64,000 nt of DNA from an uncultured Gemmatimonadales bacterium (GTDB lineage Bacteria; Gemmatimonadota; Gemmatimonadetes; Longimicrobiales; RSA9): NCBI GenBank assembly GCA_963816355.1, contig CAWFKH010000004.1:1-64000 (forward strand), given 5' to 3'. Position numbers and translations under genes: made by a program. The notes below the pieces were generated by a model. It was not told where the DNA came from and ran no database searches. It saw only the letters and a program-made list of their open reading frames with translations. Every line of letters begins with the position of its first letter. Position 1 is the stretch's first letter. Positions 1 to 7,806 of this stretch are shown in pieces.

Positions 1-917
1 GTCGCGGTAGACAATGGGCCACTCACCGAACCAGTCCTTGCAGAAGGCGGAGGGCTCGCCGCTGCGGAAGTTGGTGAGTACGAAGACGCCGCCGGAGGCG
101 AGCAGGCCGGCGAGGTGGCCGGCGAGGTGGCGCGCGGGCTCCTCGGGCAGGTAGTCGAAGAGGCCGGAGCAGATGACGACGTCGAAGCGGTCGCGGCCGG
201 GGAGCGATTCGATGCGCGAGATCGGCAGGTGCACGGCGCGGGCGGAGCGTTCCCAGCCGGCGAGGGCGCGGCGCCGGACGAACTCGACGGCGGCCGGGTC
301 CTGGTCGACGAGGGTGACGCGCACGCCGTCGGCGCGGGGGGCTTCGCAGAGGAAGTCGCGGACGTAGCGGGCGCCGCCGCAGGCGATGTCGAGCACGGCG
401 AGGCTGCCGCCGCGCGCGTCGTATTCGTCCATGAGCAGCCGGTGGAGCCTGTGGCGGCGGTCCCACACCGCGCGCACGCTGTGGATCGTGGAGTAGGCGT
501 AGTCGAGGCAGTTCACGATCGCGGGCTGCGTGGGTACTCGCCGGGGCGCTCCTCGAGGTCGTACATCAGCTCGATGGTGCGGTAGTCGCCGGCGTAGCCG
601 TGCGGCTTGAAGAAGGAGCGGTAGATCGGCTCCGAGCGCCAGAGGAGGGGGCCGACGGCGGCGAGCAGGTCGCGGCGCTCGCGCGGCAATTCGCCGGAGG
701 GGCGGCCGCCGACGGCGCGCTCGACGCCGTTCACCATCTGCCAGAAGGCGGCGGCGAAGGCCTCGCGGACGCTCAGATCGGGCACCGTGGCGCCGCTCCG
801 GCGGAGCGCCCTCTCGATCTCGTGCGCGCGGGCCAGGAACCGATCGGCGAGGGCCGTGAGGACGGGGGCGATCGCGCCGGCGGCGTCCGGCGGCGGATCG
901 AGCCGCTGCAGCTTCAT
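1..917 (-). CDS. Class I SAM-dependent methyltransferase, PhcB-like (frameshifted near 532-534; 3' end beyond window)
   Basis: ATG at 917 gives MKLQRLDPP...FKPHGYAGDYRTIELMY, which stops at 513. Adding one base to the run at 532-534 continues into VLDIACGGARY (SAM motif I), VTLVDQD, FDVVICSGLFDYL, GGVFVLTNF and EWPIVYRD to the window edge. Confidence 0.75.
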
Positions 918-1072
918 CGTCGCTGTCTCTTGAGTTGTGTGGGGGCGTGGCGGTGCGTCTCCGGTAAAGGATAGGCGCGGACGGCGGATGCCCGCACCCG
1001 GCCCGGGATGGCGCGTTGCCAGGGCGGGATGCGAGGCCGGGAAAGTGGGGACGACGTCGCCGCCGGCGGCGC

Positions 1073-1985
1073 TCAGGCGGAGGAGCGGGCGCGTCGCGCA
1101 GGGCTTCGAGGCTCGCGCGGATGGTGGCGAGGGCACGGTCGAGCTCGGCGCCGGCGAGCTCGAGGCGGGGCGGACGGACGCGGGGCGAGCCGCGGCCGAC
1201 CTCGGCCTGCACGAGCTTGATGAGCTGGACGAACTTCGGGACAATGTCCATGCGGAGGAGCGGGAGGAAGCGGCGGTAGAGGTCGGCGGCCTCGTCGCGA
1301 CGGGCAGCGGCGAGGTCGAAGAGGCGGACGGACGCTTCGGGGAGCGCGTCGACGAGGCCGGCGACCCAGCCGTCGGCGCCCATGGCGAGCGCCTCGACGA
1401 CCATGTCGTCGAGGCCGGCGAAAAGGGCGAGGCGGTCGCCGAGGACCTCGCGCAGGGCGGTGATGCGGCGGACGTCCCCGCTCGACTCCTTGACGGCGCG
1501 GACGTTGGGGTGGCGGTCGGCGAGCGCGCGAATGCGCTCGGGCCCGAGGTCGACGCCGTAGGCAATGGGGTTGTTGTAGATCATGCACGGGAGCGGCGTC
1601 GCGGCGATGACGGCGTCGAAGTGGGCGCCGGTCTCGCGGTCGTCGCCCGGGTAGACGTAGGGCGGCAGGACCATGAGCGCGTCGCAGCCGATGTCGGCGG
1701 CGTCGCGGGCGAGGTCGACGCACGCCGCAGTGGCGAGGCCGGAGACGCCGGGGATCAGGGGCGCGCGGCCGGCGGAGGCGGCGCGGCAGGTGCGCAGGAT
1801 GGCGAGCTTCTCGTCGGTCGTCAGGGTGGCGCCCTCGCCGAGGGAGCCGAGGGGGACGATGCCGTTGCAGCCGGCGTCGAGGAGCCAGCGCACGTGGCGG
1901 CCGAGCGCGTCGTGGTCGACGGCGCCGTCGCCGCCGAACGGGGTGGTGATCGCGGGAAAGACTCGGCCCAGTGCGAGCGGTCCAT
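1073..1985 (-). CDS. lhpC: DapA/DHDPS-family enzyme, probable 1-pyrroline-4-hydroxy-2-carboxylate deaminase (apparent frameshifts near both ends)
   Basis: Absent from the ORF track. Manual translation gives VFPAITTPF, GSLGEG, LMVLPPYVY, MIYNNP and VKESSGD (Schiff-base Lys). ATG at 1985 has a GGAG RBS but is one base out of frame near 1964; the nearest stop (1073-1075) is also out of frame. Lies in the Hyp operon. Confidence 0.75.
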
Positions 1986-1995
1986 CGAAGAGCTC

Positions 1996-3360
1996 CTATC
2001 GGTCGCCGGCGGAGGCCGGCGGGGTGATCAGGGACGCGATGCGCGCGGGGAAGATGGGGGCGCGGACGGAGTCCGGCCCGGCGTCGAAGAGGAAGCGCAG
2101 CGCGGGCCCGCAGACGCGGCCCTGACAGGGCCCCATGCCGGCCCGCGTGTAGAGCTTCGCCTGGCGCATCGACCAGGCGGCGTCAATGCGGCCGAGCGGC
2201 ACGTCCTCGCAACGGCAGACGACGGTGTCCGCCGCACCCAGCTCGCGCAGCTCGGGGCGCAGGCGGAAGCCGGCCTCGAGACGCGCCGCGAAGCGGTCGA
2301 AACGGGCGTGGCGGGGGGCGAGCGCCAGCGCAGCGGCGTCGTCGCCCGCGGCCGCCAGACCGGCGATGCGGCCCTCGAGCAGCGCCGCTTCGGCACCCGC
2401 GACGGCACTCGCATCCCCAGCGCAGTAGACGCCGTCGACGCTCGTGCGCTGCAGGCGGTCGACGGCGACGCGGCCGTCGGCCGTGACGGCGCAGCCGAGC
2501 CGGCGCGGCAGCTCGTCGGCGCCGACCAGGCCGTAGCCGACGGCGAGCAGGTCACACGGCACGTCCCGCGAGCGGCGGCCGTCCGTGAGCGTCGCCCACC
2601 GCACGCTCTCCTCGCCGCGCGCCGCGCTCACCCAGGTGCCGGCGCGGTAGCGCGCGGAGGCGAAGCCGGCGCGCAGCGCAGCGGCGCGGGCGAGCGTCGC
2701 GGGGGTACGCCAGAGCCTGGCGGCGAAGCGCACGACGGCGCCGCGCGGCGCCTGCTCCGCGACGAACGCCACGCGCGCGCCCCCGCGCGCGAGCGCCGCG
2801 GCCACCGGCAGCAGCAGCGGCCCCGTGCCCGCGACCACCACCCGCCACCCCGCGACGTCCAGACCGGACTTGAGGAGCGCCTGCGCACCGCCGAGGCCGG
2901 TCACGCCGGGCAGCGTCCAGCCCGGGAACGGCAGGAAGCGCTCGCGCGCGCCGGTCGCGAGGACGACGCGCGCGGCGGCGAGCGACACGGCGCCGTCGCC
3001 GGCTGGCGAGGCGGCCGCGTCGGGCGGCGAGGCGGCCGCGTCGGCCTCGACCCGGAGGCGGAAGCAGGCGCCGGCGGCTTCGGTCTCGACGCGGAGGCGG
3101 ACGCACGCGGCGCCCGCTTCGGCCTCGGCGTCGACGACGCTCGCGCCGCACAGGACGCGGGCGCCGGAGCGCTCGAGGCGCTCGAGCGCGCGGCGCGCGG
3201 CGCGCGGCAGCGTCGCGCGGTGGTGATGCCGCCAGATCTGGCCGCCGGGGCGCGGCGCGGCGTCCAGCAGCAGCGCGGCGCGGCCCGCCTCGGCCGCGGC
3301 GGTGGCGGCGGCGATGCCGGCCGGGCCGGCGCCGACGACGGCGACGTCCACGTCGCTCAT
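1996..3360 (-). CDS. NAD(P)/FAD-dependent oxidoreductase, D-hydroxyproline dehydrogenase alpha-type subunit
   Basis: MSDVDVAVVGAGPAG, LATGARERFLPFPGWTLPGV, VYCAGD and C-terminal CRCE...GMGPCQGRVC (BFD-like 2Fe-2S); ATGA overlap with the upstream gene. Confidence 0.85.
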   Translation of the reverse strand: MSDVDVAVVGAGPAGIAAATAAAEAGRAALLLDAAPRPGGQIWRHHHRATLPRAARRALERLERSGARVLCGASVVDAEAEAGAACVRLRVETEAAGACFRLRVEADAAASPPDAAASPAGDGAVSLAAARVVLATGARERFLPFPGWTLPGVTGLGGAQALLKSGLDVAGWRVVVAGTGPLLLPVAAALARGGARVAFVAEQAPRGAVVRFAARLWRTPATLARAAALRAGFASARYRAGTWVSAARGEESVRWATLTDGRRSRDVPCDLLAVGYGLVGADELPRRLGCAVTADGRVAVDRLQRTSVDGVYCAGDASAVAGAEAALLEGRIAGLAAAGDDAAALALAPRHARFDRFAARLEAGFRLRPELRELGAADTVVCRCEDVPLGRIDAAWSMRQAKLYTRAGMGPCQGRVCGPALRFLFDAGPDSVRAPIFPARIASLITPPASAGDR

Positions 3361-3644
3361 CCGCACTCGACGCGCATGCCGGCGGCGACCTCGACCAGAC
3401 AGGCGCGGCGGTGTGGCTCGCCGTCGACCGTGACGCGGCACTCGAAGCAGGTGCCCATGCCGCACAGCGGCGCGCGCGGCGCGCCGTCCACGGAGCTGCG
3501 GAAGCGGAGCACGCCGGCGCCGAGCAGCGCCGCGGCGAGGGTCGCGCCGGCGGGCACGGCGAGCGTGCGGCCGTCGACGCGGATCTCGACGGCGGCGCGG
3601 GTCGCCGCGCCGTGGCGGCCCAGGTGGGACTCGCGGCGGCTCAC
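3357..3644 (-). CDS. 2Fe-2S subunit (gamma-type) of D-hydroxyproline dehydrogenase
   Basis: GTG at 3644 overlaps the upstream stop; PRAPLCGMGTCFECRVTVDG...RACLVEV...GMRV. Confidence 0.85.
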   Translation of the reverse strand: MSRRESHLGRHGAATRAAVEIRVDGRTLAVPAGATLAAALLGAGVLRFRSSVDGAPRAPLCGMGTCFECRVTVDGEPHRRACLVEVAAGMRVECG

Positions 3645-4780
3645 GTGGGGACGCCGGTCGCGGGGGGCGGCGCGGCGCGGAGCCGGTCGGCGGAGGGCGC
3701 GAGCGGCGCTGCGTCGATGGCGGTCGGGCGGCCGAGGAGCAGGTCGGCGAGGATCTCGGCGGTGGCGAGGGCGGTGGTGATGCCGAGGCCCTCGTGGCCG
3801 GCGGCGATCCAGGTGCCCGGCACCGCGTCCCAGCGGCCGACGAGCGGCAGCCCGTCCGGCGTGGCGGGCCGCAGCCCGGTCCACGCGCGGATCGCGGAGA
3901 GCGCGGGCAGCCGCGGCAGGAAGGCGGCGGCGCGCGCGAGCATGCGGCGGAGGACGTCGCCATTGACCGAGCGGTCGCGGCCGGCGAGCTGGCGCGAGGA
4001 GCCGACGAGGATCTGGCCGGTGGCGCGCGGCTGCACGTTGAACGCGACGGAGTCCGCGGCGACGTCGTGCGCGCTGCGCACGTAGTCGAGCTCGACGAGC
4101 TGGTGGCGGCAGAAGCCGGGGTAGCGGTCGGTGATGACGAGGTGGCCTTTGCGGGGCACGATCGGCAGCCCCTCCGTCAGCTCCGGCGCGGCCACGCCGG
4201 TGGCGTTGACCACCACGTCCGCCTCGATCCTCTCGCCGGCGGCGACGACGGCGCGCGGCCGGATCGCGTCCACGCGCACGCCCTCGCGCAGGACGGCGCC
4301 GGCAAGCTGCGCGCGGCCGGCGAGCCAGCGCGCGACGGCGGGCGGATAGACGACGAGGTCGCCGGGCACGTGGAGCGCGCCGGCGAGGCCCGGCCGCAGT
4401 TCCGGCTCGGCGCCGGCGAGGGCGCGGGCGTCGAGGAGCTCGGCGTCGACCGCGTGCGCGGCCCAGCGCGCGCGGCGCGCCCGCGCGGCGTCGAGCTGCG
4501 CGTCGTCCTCCGCCACCCACAGCGTGCCGGCGCGCACGACCTCGCAGTCGGCCGGCAGCTCGGCGGCGAGCGCGTCCCACAGCCCGCGCGCGTACGTGGT
4601 GAAGGCGAGCTGCGCGTCCGAGTCGTCCAAGACGACGATGTGGCCCATGCCGGCGGCGGTGGTCCCCGCGCCCGCGAAGGCGGCGTCGAGCAGCAGCACG
4701 CGCAGCCGCTCCTCGGCGAGACGGCGCGCGCACGCGGCGCCCACGATGCCCGCGCCGACGACGATCGCGTCCGGCCTCAT
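3641..4780 (-). CDS. lhpB: FAD-dependent DAO-family oxidoreductase, D-hydroxyproline dehydrogenase beta subunit
   Basis: MRPDAIVVGAGIVG, TTAAGMGH, WTGLRPATPDGLPLVG, AAGHEGLGITTA; operon context. Confidence 0.8.
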   Translation of the reverse strand: MRPDAIVVGAGIVGAACARRLAEERLRVLLLDAAFAGAGTTAAGMGHIVVLDDSDAQLAFTTYARGLWDALAAELPADCEVVRAGTLWVAEDDAQLDAARARRARWAAHAVDAELLDARALAGAEPELRPGLAGALHVPGDLVVYPPAVARWLAGRAQLAGAVLREGVRVDAIRPRAVVAAGERIEADVVVNATGVAAPELTEGLPIVPRKGHLVITDRYPGFCRHQLVELDYVRSAHDVAADSVAFNVQPRATGQILVGSSRQLAGRDRSVNGDVLRRMLARAAAFLPRLPALSAIRAWTGLRPATPDGLPLVGRWDAVPGTWIAAGHEGLGITTALATAEILADLLLGRPTAIDAAPLAPSADRLRAAPPPATGVPT

Positions 4781-5886
4781 CGGCCGCGCGACGGCAGGCC
4801 GCCGCGGAAGGGGTCGGCCGCGTCGAAGCGCAGCGTGGCTTCGGCGGTGACGAAGGCGCGGCCGCGCAGGTGCGGCACGAGCGCGCCGCCTTCCTCCTCG
4901 AGCCAGCCCGTGAAGAGGCCGCCGGTGATCCCTTCCTGACGCCACGGCTCGCCGACGCGCAGCGATCCGCGCGCGTGCAGCGCCGCCATCTTCGCGGAGG
5001 TACCCGTGCCGCACGGCGAGCGGTCGTAGGCGCCGCCGGGGCAGAGCACGAAGTTGCGGCCGTCGGCGTCGCCGCGGGCGGGCGGGCCGGTCAGCTCGAC
5101 GTGGTCGATCGGCGCGCCGCCGGCGCCAGTGATGCCCGCCGCACCGAGCGCGCGCAGGATGTCGGCTGCGAGCGCGGCGAGGCGATCCACAGCGCCGCTC
5201 TCGAGCGCGCGGGATGCGTCCGCCGCCGATCCGCGCGGGAGGGCGGACGCCTCCGCGATGAAGAACCAGTTGCCGCCCCACGCGACGTCGCCCACGACGG
5301 TCCCGAGCCCGGGGACCTCGACACGCGCGTCGAGCGCGTGCGCGTACGCGGGTACGTTGCGGATGTGGACGGCGCCGCCCTCCTCGAGGGTCGCGGCGAC
5401 GGTGCCGACCGGCGTGTCGATGCGGATGCCGCGGTGCCGGGCGGCGGCGGGCGCGGGGGCGCCGGCGGGGGCCGCGAGGCCGCTCGCGCCGACGCGCTCC
5501 GGAGGGGCCGCGAGGCCGCTCGCGCCGACGCGCTCCGGGGCGGCCGCGGGTCCGGCCGGGCGGGCGAGGCGGCCGAGGTGATCGAGCGTGCGGACGACGC
5601 CGATCAGGCCGTGGCCGCACATCCCGAGGTAGCCGACGTTGTTGAAGAAGACGACGCCGGCGACGGAGTCCGGCTCGACGGGCGGCGTGAGCAGCGCGCC
5701 GACGACCGCCTCGTGGCCGCGCGGCTCGCGGACGACGGCCGCGCGCAGGTGGTCGGCGCGTTCCCGCATGTCGGCGGCGCGTTCGGCCATGGTCGCGCCG
5801 CGCGGCTGCGGCCATCCTTCGATCACGACGCGGGTCGGCTCGCCCTCGGTGTGGGAATCGACCACGCGGATCGCCGGCGGGAACAT
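4777..5886 (-). CDS. lhpA: Proline racemase family, probable 4-hydroxyproline 2-epimerase
   Basis: VDSHTEGEPTR, MCGH and DRSPCGTGT with both catalytic Cys intact; contains an Ala/Pro-rich insertion. Confidence 0.88.
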   Translation of the reverse strand: MFPPAIRVVDSHTEGEPTRVVIEGWPQPRGATMAERAADMRERADHLRAAVVREPRGHEAVVGALLTPPVEPDSVAGVVFFNNVGYLGMCGHGLIGVVRTLDHLGRLARPAGPAAAPERVGASGLAAPPERVGASGLAAPAGAPAPAAARHRGIRIDTPVGTVAATLEEGGAVHIRNVPAYAHALDARVEVPGLGTVVGDVAWGGNWFFIAEASALPRGSAADASRALESGAVDRLAALAADILRALGAAGITGAGGAPIDHVELTGPPARGDADGRNFVLCPGGAYDRSPCGTGTSAKMAALHARGSLRVGEPWRQEGITGGLFTGWLEEEGGALVPHLRGRAFVTAEATLRFDAADPFRGGLPSRGR

Positions 5887-5887
5887 C

Positions 5888-7345
5888 TCAGGGCGCGATC
5901 TGGACGGTGCGGATCTCGGTGTAGAACTCGCGCGCGGCGGAGCCCTGCTCGCGGCTGCCGGAGCTGGACGCCTTGAGGCCGCCGAAGGGCGCGTGCGGGT
6001 CGACGCCGGTGGTGTCGCCGTTGACGCGCACGAGGCCCACCTCGATGCGGCGCACGTAGTCGAGCGCGGTCGCGAGGTCGCGCGTAAAGAGGGAGGCGCT
6101 GAGGCCGTAGTCGGTCGCGTTCGCCAGCGCGATCGCCTCCTCCATGTCGGCGGCCGTGAACGTGGCGAGGACCGGCCCGAAGATCTCGTCGCGCGCGATG
6201 CTGGATGCGGGGTCCACGTCGCGCAGCACGGTGGGGGCGTAGAAGTGGCCGCGGCGGAAGCGCTCGTCGGCTGGGGCGGTCCCGCCGCAGAGCGGCGAGG
6301 CGCCGGAGGCGTCGACGGCGCCGCGCACGCGATCGAGCGCGGAGGCGGTGATGAGCGGGCCGACGGCGGCCGCGTCGTCGTCGACGGGGCCGAGCGGCAG
6401 CGCCTCGACCGCCGCGCGGAGCCGCTCGAGGAAGGCGTCGGCGACGCCACGCACGACGATCGCCCGGCTGGTCGCGGTGCACTTCTGCCCCGCGTAGCGC
6501 ATCGCGCCGGCGGCGGCGAGGGCGGCGGCGCGGTCGAGGTCCGCGTCGGCGGCGACGATGACCACGTTCTTGCCGCCCATCTCGGTCTGGTAGCGGATGT
6601 TGCGCTCGGCGCAGATCACGGCGACGCGGCCGCCGACGGCGCGCGAGCCGGTGAAGCTCACGGCGCGCACGGCGTCGTGGCGCAGCAGCGCGTCGCCGGC
6701 CGTGGGACCGGTGCCCAGAACCACGTTGAAGACGCCCGCCGGCAGCTCCGTCGCGGCGGCGGTCTCGGCGAGCAGCACTGCGACGCGCGAGGCCTGCTCG
6801 GCCGGCTTCAGCACGACCGTGTTGCCGAACGCGAGCGCCGGCGCCGCCTTCCACAGCGGGATCGCGAGCGGGAAGTTCCACGGCGTGACGAGGCCCACCA
6901 CGCCCAGCGGGTCGCGCAGCGTGAACTGCAGCGCGCCCGCCTGCTGCGCCGGCACCACCTCGCCGACCGCACGCACCGCGTCGCCCGCATAGTACCGCAG
7001 GATGACGACGCAGCGGTTCACCTCGCCGCGCGCCTCGCCGATCGGCTTGCCGACCTCCCGGCTCATCGCGCGCGCCAGCTCCTCGCGCCGCCCATCGATC
7101 GCCGCCGCCCAGCGGTGCAGGTGCTCCGCGCGCGCGGAGCCGGTGAGCGCGCGCCAGCCGGACAGCGCGGAGGATGCCGCGGCGACGGCGGCGTCGACGT
7201 CGTCCGCGCTCCCCTCCGGCACGCGCGCGACGACGTCGCTCGCCTCCGACGGGTTCAGGCTGTCGAAGAAGCCCTCGGAGCGCGGGGCCTCGAAGCGGCC
7301 CGCGATGAAGGAGCGCAGGTGCGGGGTCGTGGCGGAAGCGGCCAT
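5888..7345 (-). CDS. lhpG: Aldehyde dehydrogenase, probable alpha-ketoglutaric semialdehyde dehydrogenase
   Basis: TPWNFP, KPAE, FTGS, EMGGKN, GQKCTA, EIFGP, PFGGLK; first gene of the Hyp operon. Confidence 0.8.
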   Translation of the reverse strand: MAASATTPHLRSFIAGRFEAPRSEGFFDSLNPSEASDVVARVPEGSADDVDAAVAAASSALSGWRALTGSARAEHLHRWAAAIDGRREELARAMSREVGKPIGEARGEVNRCVVILRYYAGDAVRAVGEVVPAQQAGALQFTLRDPLGVVGLVTPWNFPLAIPLWKAAPALAFGNTVVLKPAEQASRVAVLLAETAAATELPAGVFNVVLGTGPTAGDALLRHDAVRAVSFTGSRAVGGRVAVICAERNIRYQTEMGGKNVVIVAADADLDRAAALAAAGAMRYAGQKCTATSRAIVVRGVADAFLERLRAAVEALPLGPVDDDAAAVGPLITASALDRVRGAVDASGASPLCGGTAPADERFRRGHFYAPTVLRDVDPASSIARDEIFGPVLATFTAADMEEAIALANATDYGLSASLFTRDLATALDYVRRIEVGLVRVNGDTTGVDPHAPFGGLKASSSGSREQGSAAREFYTEIRTVQIAP

Positions 7346-7806
7346 CTGCGGATCGGCGGTTGGGGTTCCGGGTCGGGGACAAGCTAGGCGGTCCGGCGTG
7401 GGGAGGGAAGGCGGCGGGTAGGGCGGCGATTCGCGTGGAGTGCGGCGGCGGGGTTACGGCGGGCGCCGTCAGAGAGGGCGGAGTCGGGGAGGGGGGCGCC
7501 GAAGGCATGGAGCCGCCGTGGAAGCCAGTTGCGGCTCAGACTGCCGTGGTCTTCAGTCCTCCCGAACCCGCACGGCGGCCTCGCCGCGCGATCCGTAGCC
7601 GCCGTCAACTCACCCCCGCCGGCCGCCATTTCCGGTCCGGGGCAGATCAGAGCGCGGGAGGCGCGGTCGCAATGGCCCCGGTAGGGTGCGGCTCCGGGCG
7701 AGGGGCGGAGTTGACCGCTTTCGGAGCCGTCCAGTGTGCCCCACGCCGGGATGGGCCCGGCGAGGGAGCGCTTTGACGTCCCCCGGCGCCGGCTTGACCC
7801 ACTGGG

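Noticed and set aside
937..3780. 947-aa plus-strand ORF
   Set aside because: Antisense shadow of the Hyp operon; no motifs, and long shadow frames are expected at this GC content.
1996..4780. Hydrogen cyanide synthase hcnABC
   Set aside because: Homologous architecture, but the flanking epimerase, DapA-family deaminase and ALDH point to D-hydroxyproline dehydrogenase.
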